Positions 1 through 9,131 of a stretch of 55,162 bases of DNA are shown here, piece by piece. This DNA comes from an uncultured Candidatus Saccharibacteria bacterium. Its GTDB lineage: Bacteria; Patescibacteriota; Minisyncoccia; Minisyncoccales; Staskawiczbacteraceae. Position 1 is the first letter of the stretch. Every line of letters begins with the position of its first letter. Position numbers and translations under genes: made by a program. The notes beneath the pieces were generated by a model. That model did not search any database. It had not been told where the DNA came from and saw nothing but the letters and a program-made list of their open reading frames with translations. The stretch covers positions 1 to 55,162 of the forward strand of contig CAYOIH010000002.1 of NCBI GenBank assembly GCA_964404005.1. The letters are read 5' to 3'.

Positions 1-866
1 ACCTTTATAAAACTTTTCAAAAAGAAATCACAAAGCCAAATGGAATGATAATTGTTACCGGCCCCACGGGCTCTGGAAAAACAACCACTCTTTATGCTTT
101 TTTAAAAAAGATACAAAATCCTGAAATTAAAATTATCACAATTGAAGACCCAATTGAATATCACCTAAAAGGAGTTTCGCAAACACAGGTTGCTCCGGAA
201 AAAGGATATGATTTTTCAGACGGGCTCCGCTCAATCGTAAGACAAGACCCAGACGTTATTTTGGTTGGTGAAATTAGGGACTTAGAAACCGCAAAAATAG
301 CCCTGCAGGCGGCTTTGACCGGCCACCTGGTGCTTTCTACATTACACACTAACGATGCAGCAGGAACCATCCCAAGGCTTGTGGACCTTGGTGTGGAGGT
401 ATCCTCAATCGCATCAGGATTGAAAATGGCGGTAGCACAACGATTAGTGAGAAAAGTGTGTAAAAAATGTTCTATCCCTGCAAAACCGACTGCCACAGAA
501 TTATTAGAGATAAAAAGGGGCCTTAAAAATTTGCCGAAAAATGTAAAAATTCCTGATTTCGAAAAAATAACTATTGCGAATCCAAAGGAAGGGGGTTGTC
601 CGATATGTAATTTTACAGGATATAGGGGGAGGCAAGGATTATTTGAAGCGTTTTTAGTTGACTCGGAAATGGAAAGATTTATTTTGACCAATCCCCCGGT
701 TTCTTCAATTAGAGAACTGGCCATAAAAAAAGGGATGGTAACGATGTACCAATCCGGATTGATCGACATTATAGAGGGAAAAACAACTTTTGACGAAGTT
801 GCTAGGGTAGCGGAAGAAGACGAAGAAAAATCATCCGCAGAAGAAGCGAGAAAGGATATAAAATAA
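1..866 (+). CDS. pilB: Type IV pilus / type II secretion assembly ATPase (GspE/PilB family), 5'-truncated by window edge
   Basis: The frame is open from nt 3 (LYKTFQKEITKPNG precedes the listed Met). Walker A GPTGSGKTTT, Asp box/Walker B DVILVGEIRD, His box GHLVLSTLHTND, and a C-terminal tetracysteine CKKC...CPIC typical of GspE/PilB ATPases. Confidence 0.9.
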   Translation, partial: LYKTFQKEITKPNGMIIVTGPTGSGKTTTLYAFLKKIQNPEIKIITIEDPIEYHLKGVSQTQVAPEKGYDFSDGLRSIVRQDPDVILVGEIRDLETAKIALQAALTGHLVLSTLHTNDAAGTIPRLVDLGVEVSSIASGLKMAVAQRLVRKVCKKCSIPAKPTATELLEIKRGLKNLPKNVKIPDFEKITIANPKEGGCPICNFTGYRGRQGLFEAFLVDSEMERFILTNPPVSSIRELAIKKGMVTMYQSGLIDIIEGKTTFDEVARVAEEDEEKSSAEEARKDIK

Positions 867-874
867 ACAAAATA

Positions 875-1009
875 AAACGGCTCTAGAGTTGGAGGTACTT
901 TTATGTCTGGGACATAAAGAAAGATTTATCTGAGGAATAATCGAGCCGGAGCAAGATTATCCGAAGCTGAGATAAATCCAAATAAATACCTCCAACCCTA
1001 GAGCCGTTT
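875..1009. repeat. 135-nt inverted-repeat element: 23-bp closing stem enclosing two internal hairpins (structured RNA, complex terminator or MITE-like)
   Basis: aaacggctctagagttggaggta (875-897) pairs with tacctccaaccctagagccgttt (987-1009), 22/23 bp. The interior folds into hairpin 898-919 (cttttatgtc/gacataaag) and a long hairpin 923-978 (gatttatctgag/ctgagataaatc plus ggaataatc/gattatcc). Confidence 0.6.
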
Positions 1010-1083
1010 ATGCTTTTAATACAAAAATGTTATATTTTAGTTATACCTCTCAATATTTTCAATTATATCACCTTATATAGCTT

Positions 1084-2094
1084 ATGTCAAGCACAATAAC
1101 AGAAAAACCAAAAAAAGAGGAAGACGTCCTAGATTCTACTTTAAGGCCTAATTCCTGGTCAGATTATGTTGGGCAAGACAAAATCAAAGAAAATATACAG
1201 GTAATTATAACAGCCGCCAAGCAGAGAAACCAGAGTCCTGACCATTTATTGTTTTATGGAAACTCCGGATTAGGAAAAACAACCCTAGCATATCTTGTGG
1301 CAAACGAAATGGGAAAAACAATAAGGGTCACTTCTGGCCCGGCGCTAGAAAGAGCCGGAGACCTGGCTGCAATTTTAACAAATTTGTCAGAAGGAGATGT
1401 TTTATTTTTAGACGAGATCCACAGGATAAACAAGACCATCGAAGAGTATTTATATCCTGCCATGGAAGATTATAAGCTGAATTTAGTTTTGGGGCGGGGC
1501 CCGATGGCGCGTACAATGGAATTAAAACTGCCAAAATTTACCTTAATTGGGGCTACAACAAAACCCGGATTATTGTCGGCTCCGTTGCGAAACCGTTTTG
1601 GCGCAACTTTCCAGCTTAATTTTTATACAAAAGAAGATATACAAAAAATAATTGAAAGATCTGGCAAACTTTTAAAAATACAAATAGAACCGGAAGCCGT
1701 GGAGGCCATAGCCAAGCGATCAAGGTTTACTCCAAGAGTTGCTAATCGGCTTTTAAAAAGAGTAAGAGATTTTGCGCAAGTTAAAAATGTAAGGATAATT
1801 ACAAAAGACATCACAGAACATGCGTTGGATTCTTTGGAGGTGGACTTAATGGGATTAGATCCAAGCGATAGAAATATATTGCGAGCCTTAATTGAAAAAT
1901 TTAACGGCGGGCCTGTCGGATTACAATCTTTATCAGCTGCTGCAATGGAAGAAGAAGATACTGTTTTGGATATTTACGAGCCGTATTTGATGCAATGCGG
2001 ACTTATTGATAGAACCCCCAAAGGCCGAGTCGCCACAAGTTTAGCATATGAGCACCTCGGATTGAAAAACAAAAATCAAAACAAATTAATATAA
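1084..2094 (+). CDS. ruvB: Holliday junction branch-migration helicase RuvB
   Basis: Walker A GNSGLGKTTLA, Walker B LFLDEIHR, sensor and winged-helix region GLDPSDRNILRALIEKFNGGPVGL; 336 aa is typical. Confidence 0.95.
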   Translation: MSSTITEKPKKEEDVLDSTLRPNSWSDYVGQDKIKENIQVIITAAKQRNQSPDHLLFYGNSGLGKTTLAYLVANEMGKTIRVTSGPALERAGDLAAILTNLSEGDVLFLDEIHRINKTIEEYLYPAMEDYKLNLVLGRGPMARTMELKLPKFTLIGATTKPGLLSAPLRNRFGATFQLNFYTKEDIQKIIERSGKLLKIQIEPEAVEAIAKRSRFTPRVANRLLKRVRDFAQVKNVRIITKDITEHALDSLEVDLMGLDPSDRNILRALIEKFNGGPVGLQSLSAAAMEEEDTVLDIYEPYLMQCGLIDRTPKGRVATSLAYEHLGLKNKNQNKLI

Positions 2095-2095
2095 C

Positions 2096-2133
2096 CAAAA
2101 ACCGCCCTGAGTTTATCGAAGGACGGTTTTTGG
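2096..2133. terminator. Bidirectional intrinsic terminator built from the GC-rich element (reverse orientation)
   Basis: ccaaaaaccgccctgagtttatcgaaggacggtttttgg: an A-run/T-run flanked hairpin between convergent ruvB and ORF 2135-2803. The core gccctgag...tcgaagg matches the repeat family. Confidence 0.75.
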
Positions 2134-2134
2134 T

Positions 2135-2803
2135 TTATTCAACTTCTGCCTTATATTCCGCTATTCCCTTGTCATTTCTGACTGCCCATGTAATTATTTT
2201 TTTAACTCCTCCTTCGTAGGCTGATTGTCTGGCTGGAGCCATATAATTGCGGTCAACGCTCGATCCAATCCGCGGCACCTGCACGGAAAAACGGCTGTCA
2301 GTATGGCTATTAAAAAGCTCTGCCATCTCACAAAGAGATTCTTCGACTTGTTTCGGCGTTTTTTTCTTATTGTCATATAAAAATTTCGTTACTCCGCGGC
2401 TTACTTCTTTTGCTGCTCCGAGAAGAAACCTGGGGTCGCACTCGGGATATTTCCGAGCCACCTCAAAAAGCTGGAGATGAGCAAAAAACAATTGCGCGTT
2501 TTTGTCGCCTTCTTGTGCAGCCTCCAATAACTCGCTCACGGGCGGTTCATTGATTTTTACATACTCAGGAATGGAAAGGAAATTTACTCCCTCTTCTTTT
2601 TTCTCTAATTCTTTTTCCCTGAAAACATCCACCGCTTTTTCCCCGCGTTTTCCTGCCGCCCTGTCTATTGCGTTTTTCTCCTCTGCTGTCACGCCCTCTT
2701 CTCTCGCGGCATCACGAAGGGGTCTTTCCGCCTCGGCTGCCACCTCGGCATATTTTTCATCTAACCTTTCATCCTCTTGGTGTTGATTAAATTGTTCTCC
2801 CAT
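2135..2803 (-). CDS. Hypothetical protein (acidic N-terminal half, no recognised domain)
   Basis: Uninterrupted 222-aa ORF filling the gap between two terminator/promoter regions. Antisense ORFs are shorter and low-complexity. Confidence 0.6.
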   Translation of the reverse strand: MGEQFNQHQEDERLDEKYAEVAAEAERPLRDAAREEGVTAEEKNAIDRAAGKRGEKAVDVFREKELEKKEEGVNFLSIPEYVKINEPPVSELLEAAQEGDKNAQLFFAHLQLFEVARKYPECDPRFLLGAAKEVSRGVTKFLYDNKKKTPKQVEESLCEMAELFNSHTDSRFSVQVPRIGSSVDRNYMAPARQSAYEGGVKKIITWAVRNDKGIAEYKAEVE

Positions 2804-2890
2804 ATTTTTATATTTTTAAATTATTCCTTTATGCTTAGTTTACCTTCTACAACTATTTTGTCAAACACTTTTATTGTATAATTATAAAAC

Positions 2891-3856
2891 ATGAAAAAAA
2901 TTTTATTAATACTTTTCATTTCATTTTTATATCCAGTTTTTATCTTGGCTCAGGATAAGATTGAGATAAACACGGCCTCGCTCTCTCAATTAGATGAATT
3001 AACCGGCATCGGACCAAAATATGCCCAAGCAATTATTGATGGCAGGCCATATTCTTCGGTGGACGATTTAGACAGGGTAAAAGGAATTGGCCCTGCAACT
3101 TTACAGAAAATAAAAGATCAAGGATTGGCCTGTGTAAATTGTGGCACGGCACAGCCCATTACCCAACCCGCCCAGCCGGTTATCCAACCGGCTACCCCGT
3201 CGGATGACGAGGCAAACCAAGCACCTATCACTTATCCTGGCGGTGTTTTTATAAATGAGATTTTGCCGAATCCTGCCGGAGCCGACTCGGATGACGAATG
3301 GATTGAATTGTATAATTCTAATAGTACTGACGTTGATTTGTCGGGCTGGCAACTGCAAGACATAACCGGAACGGTTTCAATTTTTACAATTAACCCTTCG
3401 GCGGGCTCGGGGCAGGTAAAAATTTTAGCCGGCGGATTTTTGGTTTTTAAAAGGCCAGAAACAAAAATAATGCTAAACAACGATGAAGATGGAATAAATC
3501 TGCTGACGCCAGACAACAAAATTATTGATTCTATAAACTATACAAAAGCTCCTTTGGGCCAATCTTATAATAAGGCACCCTCTGGGTTGTGGACCTGGAG
3601 CGCAACCTTAACCCCGGGAGCAAAAAACATTATTCCTGCGCCAAAAAACGCGCCTGCGTCGGCTACGTCGAAAGCGCTTCCGGCGGACTTGTCAAATGCA
3701 ACAAATTCTGTTAAAAATGATGGTGTAACCACGAACCAAGATAGTGGTTTGACAAATCCTTGGTTTTTATTTTTTACAGTTTTAGCTGTAACAATAATTT
3801 TAGCAGTAATTGTTCTATTTATTAAATTAAAATTTTCAAACCATGTCAGGACATAG
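2891..3856 (+). CDS. Membrane-anchored ComEA-like helix-hairpin-helix DNA-binding protein fused to a lamin-tail domain (LTD)
   Basis: N-terminal signal/TM. INTASLSQLDELTGIGPKYAQAIIDGRPYSSVDDLDRVKGIGPATLQKI is a tandem HhH as in ComEA. INEILPNPAGADSDDEWIELYNSNSTDVDLSGWQLQD is the LTD signature. C-terminal TM FLFFTVLAVTIILAVIVLFI. Confidence 0.8.
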   Translation: MKKILLILFISFLYPVFILAQDKIEINTASLSQLDELTGIGPKYAQAIIDGRPYSSVDDLDRVKGIGPATLQKIKDQGLACVNCGTAQPITQPAQPVIQPATPSDDEANQAPITYPGGVFINEILPNPAGADSDDEWIELYNSNSTDVDLSGWQLQDITGTVSIFTINPSAGSGQVKILAGGFLVFKRPETKIMLNNDEDGINLLTPDNKIIDSINYTKAPLGQSYNKAPSGLWTWSATLTPGAKNIIPAPKNAPASATSKALPADLSNATNSVKNDGVTTNQDSGLTNPWFLFFTVLAVTIILAVIVLFIKLKFSNHVRT

Positions 3857-4568
3857 TCATGCAAAAACGGTTATGGCCACAAAAATGGCCAACGACGCAA
3901 AAAAGGGAAAAATATATTCCAAATACGGCAGACTGATTACAATAGCCGTGAAAGAGGGAGGAGGCTCCGGAGACCCGCTGACAAATGCTAAGCTTAAGAC
4001 CGCCATAGAACAGGCCAAAAATGTGAATACGCCCAAAGAAAATATTGAAAGGGCAATTAAAAGGGGCACAGGTGAATTGGCCGGCGAAGCGATAGAATCT
4101 GTTTCTTATGAAGGATTCGGGCCCAGAGGGATTGCTTTAATAATTAATGGAATCACAGATAACACAAACAGAACGTTTGGTGAAATAAAAGCTATTTTAA
4201 ACCAAAATGGCGGAAAGATAGCGGGAGAAGGCGCCGTAAAATGGATGTTTGACGCAAAGGGCGTTTTAACTGTCGCGCTCGACGGCAAAACAAAAGAGGA
4301 ATTGGAATTACTGGCAATTGAGCTGGGAGCAGAAGACGTTTCTTCCCAGGAAAATACAGTTGATATTTACACAAAACCGGAGGAATTGGAAACAGTTAAA
4401 AAAGCGCTGGAAAATAAAAACATAAAAATTGAATCTTCGTCTATAGATATGGTTCCAAAAGAAGAGATTGAACTTTCGGAAAAAGACAAAGAGCAGGCTC
4501 AAAGGCTTTTTGAGGCTTTAGACGAAAACGAAGCCGTAAATGATATTTACTCAAACAGTAAAAACTGA
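3843..4568 (+). CDS. yebC: YebC/PmpR family DNA-binding transcriptional regulator
   Basis: MSGHSHAKT...KKGKIYSKYGRLITIAVKEGGG N-terminus, 241 aa, immediately upstream of ruvC as in many bacteria. Ends on TGA. Confidence 0.92.
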   Translation: MSGHSHAKTVMATKMANDAKKGKIYSKYGRLITIAVKEGGGSGDPLTNAKLKTAIEQAKNVNTPKENIERAIKRGTGELAGEAIESVSYEGFGPRGIALIINGITDNTNRTFGEIKAILNQNGGKIAGEGAVKWMFDAKGVLTVALDGKTKEELELLAIELGAEDVSSQENTVDIYTKPEELETVKKALENKNIKIESSSIDMVPKEEIELSEKDKEQAQRLFEALDENEAVNDIYSNSKN

Positions 4569-4574
4569 TCGCTC

Positions 4575-5066
4575 ATGATTATTATCGGGGTTGACCCGGG
4601 CTCTGTTATAGTGGGATATTCTATTATCAAAAAAAATAAAGACCGCACACTTGATGTTGTTGATTTTGGATGTATAATCACAGAAAAATTCGCGACAACG
4701 GGCGAAAGATTAAAAAAAATACACAAAGAGATTGTAGGGGTGATAGAAAAACACAAGCCGAGCTTAATGTCTATTGAAAATCTGTTCTTTTTTAAAAATT
4801 TTAAAACCGTAATGCCCGTAAGCCAGACAAAAGGAGTCATATTGCTGGCCGCCGCGCAGAAAAAACTGCGGGTTTGTGAGTTTACGCCCCTACAGATGAA
4901 AATGGCTATTTCAGGATACGGCAGGGCGGAAAAAAAACAAGTCCAGGAAATGATTAAAAAAACCGTTAATTTAGAGGGTTTTGATTTAACAAAAAACAAC
5001 AGAAAAAAGGACGACGCCTTTGACGCTTTAGGCATAGCAATCTGCGCCGCATTAAAGAGCTATTAA
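4575..5066 (+). CDS. ruvC: Crossover junction endodeoxyribonuclease RuvC
   Basis: IIIGVDPGSVIVGYSII (catalytic Asp), MSIENLFFFKN (Glu), DDAFDALGIAIC (C-terminal Asp pair); 163 aa. Confidence 0.93.
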   Translation: MIIIGVDPGSVIVGYSIIKKNKDRTLDVVDFGCIITEKFATTGERLKKIHKEIVGVIEKHKPSLMSIENLFFFKNFKTVMPVSQTKGVILLAAAQKKLRVCEFTPLQMKMAISGYGRAEKKQVQEMIKKTVNLEGFDLTKNNRKKDDAFDALGIAICAALKSY

Positions 5067-5098
5067 ACTGCGAGAAGAGGGTTGTGGAGAACGGGGTA

Positions 5099-5126
5099 TT
5101 GACAATAGTTTGTGAAAAAATATAAT
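5099..5126 (+). promoter_or_regulatory. Near-consensus sigma70-type promoter (TTGACA-16-TATAAT)
   Basis: ttgaca (5099-5104), 16-nt spacer, tataat (5121-5126). It lies downstream of the ruvC stop and upstream of the small acidic ORF. Confidence 0.6.
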
Positions 5127-5218
5127 GAATGGCAATAGAGACAAACGTATTTAAAATTATCGGCTTTTTTAACAAATACAGAGGACAACTGATTTATTAA
5201 AAAAGCAAAACAAAAAAA

Positions 5219-5368
5219 ATGGAAGAGGAATTTTTAACCAGGTTTATTAATGAAGACGACGACCTTGAAGACGATAATTTAGACGAAGAAACAGATACAG
5301 ACAGCGATGAAAGTGGCGATGATGATTTGGTTGTTGACGATGATACTCCGGGAGAGGAAGAAGAATAA
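5219..5368 (+). CDS. Hyper-acidic 49-aa peptide (hypothetical)
   Basis: Hand translation: MEEEFLTRFINEDDDLEDDNLDEETDTDSDESGDDDLVVDDDTPGEEEE* (27 of 49 residues D/E, one basic). Bounded by promoter 5099-5126 and terminator 5381-5424. Too short for the supplied ORF track. Confidence 0.4.
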   Translation: MEEEFLTRFINEDDDLEDDNLDEETDTDSDESGDDDLVVDDDTPGEEEE

Positions 5369-5380
5369 AATACGCGCACC

Positions 5381-5424
5381 CATAAAACAAAAACGCCACC
5401 CATAGACGGCGTTTTTGTTTTATG
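5381..5424. terminator. Intrinsic terminator, perfect 17-bp stem
   Basis: cataaaacaaaaacgcc (5381-5397) / ggcgtttttgttttatg (5408-5424), 10-nt loop; the T-run is contained in the 3' arm. Confidence 0.75.
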
Positions 5425-5543
5425 GTAATGTTTTGTGTAAACTGCTCTTGTTTGAACGTTTTTCTTTCACGGAACGTTTTTTAGGAGTATAATATAAAAA
5501 TATCTATAAATTAAGCTTTCAAAAACGACTTTTTAATACAATT

Positions 5544-7760
5544 ATGAAAATAAAAGATATCAGTGGGTTTGCGAAAGATAAAAGGATAAAGGTTTTAATT
5601 ATTATTGGAAAATATGCGGCATTTTTGTTTTTGGGCGGATGTTTGCTGTTATTGGCGCTGTTTGTCTACTACACTTGGGGGCTTCCACGTCCTGAGAAGT
5701 TTACAGAAACTCCCTTTATACAGTCGACGAAAATCTACGACAGCACGGGCAAGGTCCTTTTATATGACATTTATGGAGAAGAAAAAAGGGAAATAGTCTC
5801 TTTTGATAAAATCTCAGATAATTTAAAACATGCCGTTTTAGCATCGGAAGACTCCAGGTTTTACCAACATGGAGGAATAGATTTTGGCGGGATAATAAGA
5901 GCCGCCTGGATTGACTTAACTTCCCAGTCAAGAAGCCAAGGTGGGTCTACTATTACCCAACAATTAATAAAAGCTGTTTATCTCACAAACCAAAAAAGCA
6001 TATCAAGGAAAATTAAAGAAATTGTTTTAAGCATAGAGTTGGAAGAAAGATATTCTAAGGACCAAATTTTTGACTGGTATCTAAATGAAGTTCCTTTTGG
6101 AGAAAATGCGTATGGCGCGGAGGCTGCCAGTCAAACTTATTTTAATAAGCCCGCGTCAGATCTTTCTATAGCTGAGGCCGCGACACTAACCGCCCTGCTT
6201 CCAGCCCCAAGTCACTATTCTCCTTACGGGCCAAACAAGGCGGAGCTTTTACTCTTAAAAAACACTATATTAGAGAAGATGCAAAAACTGGGATATATTA
6301 CAGACCAACAATTACAAGACGCAAAAAACGAAAAATTAAACTTTGCCGAAAATACAACCTCTATAAAAGCCCCTGATTTTGTTTTGTATGTTAAAAAATA
6401 TTTAGACGATAAATATGGTGAGGATTATTTAAAAGAAAAAGGGTTGCGAGTTTACACCACACTGGATTGGGATCTCCAACAGTATGCGGAGCAAACAATA
6501 AAAGATGCTGAAAAAACAAACCTAAGTAAGGGCGCCAATAATGCGGCCATGGTTGTTATAAATCCAAAGAACGGCCAAATATTAACCCTGATCGGATCAA
6601 AGGATTATTTTGCTGACCCTTATCCGGCGGGTTGCGACGAAACAACAACCAGAAGCTGTTTATTCGACCCTAAGTACGACGTTGCCACAATGGGACAAAG
6701 ACAACCGGGCTCAGCGTTTAAGCCTTTTGCTTATGCCACGGCTCTTGAAAGGGGGCTAACGCCAAACACTATAGTGTGGGACGTAAAAACCGAGTTTAAT
6801 CCTAATTGCGACCCAAGTGGGACCGCGAGCACAGATATATACGGCCAAGCCTGTTATCACCCGCAAGACTATGATGGTGGTAGTAGGGGTGCCGTTACCC
6901 TACGCACAGCCATAGATTGCTCATTAAATATACCCGCCGTAAAAGTTCTTTATTTGGCCGGGATACCAGAAACTCTAAAAACGGCAAAAAATCTTGGGTT
7001 AACAACACTAACTGATATAAATAATTACGGCTTGTCTTTAGTGTTAGGCGGAGGGGATGTTAATTTGCTTGAAATGGCCTCGGCTTACGGAGTCTTTGCG
7101 GCAGATGGCAATTACGTCCCTGCAATAAGTATTTTAAAAATAGTAGACTCCGCCGGCAATATTATAGAACAAAACCAGGAACAGCCGACTAAAGTTTTAG
7201 ACAAGCAGGTTGCAAGACAAATTAATGATATATTGTCTGACAATAATGCGAGAGCTCCAATCTTTGGGTCCCACTCACCATTATATTTGCCGGGGTACCA
7301 GGTCGCGGCAAAAACAGGAACCACACAAAACTTTGTTGATGGGTGGACTATGGGATACACTCCGTTTGCTGTTGTGGGGGTCTGGACGGGCAACAACAAT
7401 AATACTCCGACAAAAGATGAGGGTGTTGGAATTGCAGCTCCTATGTGGAATAAGGTTATGCAAAAAATAGTTTCTTCAACCCCCGCTGAAAGTTTTACTC
7501 CGCCAGATCCGATTACAAACAGAAGCCCAGCTTTATTGGGGCAAATACCGGCAAACGACGGTCATACTATTTTATATTATGTTAATAAAAACAATATTTT
7601 GGGTTCACAACCAGAAAATCCCCAAACAGACCCTCAATACTCTTCGTGGCAGGCGGGGGTAAATAATTGGCTGAAAAAAACAGGTCAAACTCCAACATCA
7701 GCCACGGAGTGCATGGCGGGTGATCTTTATAACTCTGTAACCGGAACTTTATGCCCATAA
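5544..7760 (+). CDS. Class A penicillin-binding protein (PBP1A-type transglycosylase/transpeptidase)
   Basis: N-terminal TM. GT51 motifs ASEDSRFYQHGGID, GGSTITQQL, RKIKE. Transpeptidase motifs SAFKP (SxxK), SLN, KTGTT. Confidence 0.93.
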   Translation: MKIKDISGFAKDKRIKVLIIIGKYAAFLFLGGCLLLLALFVYYTWGLPRPEKFTETPFIQSTKIYDSTGKVLLYDIYGEEKREIVSFDKISDNLKHAVLASEDSRFYQHGGIDFGGIIRAAWIDLTSQSRSQGGSTITQQLIKAVYLTNQKSISRKIKEIVLSIELEERYSKDQIFDWYLNEVPFGENAYGAEAASQTYFNKPASDLSIAEAATLTALLPAPSHYSPYGPNKAELLLLKNTILEKMQKLGYITDQQLQDAKNEKLNFAENTTSIKAPDFVLYVKKYLDDKYGEDYLKEKGLRVYTTLDWDLQQYAEQTIKDAEKTNLSKGANNAAMVVINPKNGQILTLIGSKDYFADPYPAGCDETTTRSCLFDPKYDVATMGQRQPGSAFKPFAYATALERGLTPNTIVWDVKTEFNPNCDPSGTASTDIYGQACYHPQDYDGGSRGAVTLRTAIDCSLNIPAVKVLYLAGIPETLKTAKNLGLTTLTDINNYGLSLVLGGGDVNLLEMASAYGVFAADGNYVPAISILKIVDSAGNIIEQNQEQPTKVLDKQVARQINDILSDNNARAPIFGSHSPLYLPGYQVAAKTGTTQNFVDGWTMGYTPFAVVGVWTGNNNNTPTKDEGVGIAAPMWNKVMQKIVSSTPAESFTPPDPITNRSPALLGQIPANDGHTILYYVNKNNILGSQPENPQTDPQYSSWQAGVNNWLKKTGQTPTSATECMAGDLYNSVTGTLCP

Positions 7761-7769
7761 TAGTTATCG

Positions 7770-8918
7770 CTATGCGGATTTAATGGGCATCACCACATAA
7801 ATATAACTTGCATCTCCTACTGGCCTCAGTATACAAGGCCCCTCTTCTTTACTTAAATCAAACATAATTTCTGAACTTTTGATATTTGCCAGTCCATCGA
7901 TCAAAAATTTATGGTTAAAAGAGGCTTCTATCGGCTCCCCCTCTATTTTTGCCGGTATATTAGATTGGCTTTCCCCGATATCTGGGTCTTGGGCAAATAT
8001 TTGAACCTCTTTGTCTTGGGGATTTATTTTAATTTTTATTTCATTAATTTTACCGGAGAAAAGCGACGCTGTTTTAACTTGGTTTAAAAATTCATCCCGC
8101 TTAATAATAACGCGTGTTTTAAATTTTTTAGGAATAATTTCTTCATAATTTGGATATTCCCCGTCTATTAGCCGTGAAATAATTTGAATCTGAGGATGTG
8201 CCGCCTCTCTCATTGGAAGCTCAAACATTGTCTGGTTGGGAGAAAAATATATTTTTAGTTTTCCCTCGGAGTATCCTATGGGCCCGCTTAAAATATTCAT
8301 TAGCTCTCTGGCGGGTTTTTGCGGTAAAATAAAAGAAATGTCTTTTGCTGGGGCTTTATTTGGGTTGTTTTCTAAAGTAATGTTTTTTTCAGCCAACCTA
8401 AAACTGTCCGTAGCAACCATTTTTATTAGGTTTTTTGAAAAAATAAAATAAATTCCCGAAATTTCTGGCCTTGATTGCGAAGGAGAAGCAACATCCACTA
8501 TTTGGGACAACCCTTGATAAAAAGCCCCATTATCAACCTCTAAATACTCTATATTTTTAAACTCGGGAATTAGGGGAAATTCCTCCGGGTTGAACCCCTG
8601 AACTTGGTTTTTAAAATTTTTACACTCAATATATAGCCCTTGTTTTTTTTCTTCTAATATAATTTTTTCGTTGGGCAACAAAGAAACAAGGCTTGAAAGA
8701 AATTTGGCCGGCACTACTGCTTTGCCGCCTTTTATAATTTTAGTTAATATCCATAATTTTATAGCGGTTTCTAAGTCTGTGGAGCTTAAACTTAAAAAAC
8801 TATCTTCTGTGTTTAATAAAACATTGTCTAAAATAGGCAAAGATAGGTTTTTCCCAATAATTTTTTCAATTATACTTAGGCCATTTTTTAGGTTTTCTTT
8901 TAAAATTTCTACTTTCAT
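7770..8918 (-). CDS. dnaN: DNA polymerase III beta sliding clamp
   Basis: 382 aa, directly downstream of dnaA on the same strand. N-terminus MKVEILKENLKNGLSIIEKIIGKNLSLPILDNVLL has the typical DnaN start. Confidence 0.9.
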   Translation of the reverse strand: MKVEILKENLKNGLSIIEKIIGKNLSLPILDNVLLNTEDSFLSLSSTDLETAIKLWILTKIIKGGKAVVPAKFLSSLVSLLPNEKIILEEKKQGLYIECKNFKNQVQGFNPEEFPLIPEFKNIEYLEVDNGAFYQGLSQIVDVASPSQSRPEISGIYFIFSKNLIKMVATDSFRLAEKNITLENNPNKAPAKDISFILPQKPARELMNILSGPIGYSEGKLKIYFSPNQTMFELPMREAAHPQIQIISRLIDGEYPNYEEIIPKKFKTRVIIKRDEFLNQVKTASLFSGKINEIKIKINPQDKEVQIFAQDPDIGESQSNIPAKIEGEPIEASFNHKFLIDGLANIKSSEIMFDLSKEEGPCILRPVGDASYIYVVMPIKSA

Positions 8919-9131
8919 ATTTTTATCAATTAATAATTAAGTATTTAAATAAATAAAATTATTGTTATTAGTGGTTTTATTTTTAATGGTTTTTTAAAAA
9001 AGATAAGTATAAACAGAAATATTTGTTCGGGAAAATTTTTGTGAAAAAGTTGGGGACAACCCAATATAATAAAAAGTGTAATTAATTGTTTGTTTTGCCG
9101 ACGGAAAAATTATTATATTTTTTAACACCAT

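Noticed and set aside
161-769. 202-aa antisense ORF inside pilB. Similar listed antisense or alternative-frame ORFs lie within ruvB, PBP1A, dnaA, virB4, pnp, hppA, rny and others.
   Set aside because: They lie entirely within strongly supported conserved genes on the opposite strand or in another frame. They have low-complexity or hydrophobic shadow composition and no independent signals.
5197-5403. 68-aa Ser-rich minus-strand ORF.
   Set aside because: It is the mirror image of the D/E-rich plus-strand ORF (GAN codons read antisense as NTC/Ser-rich). It runs into the terminator, and the promoter orientation favours the plus strand.
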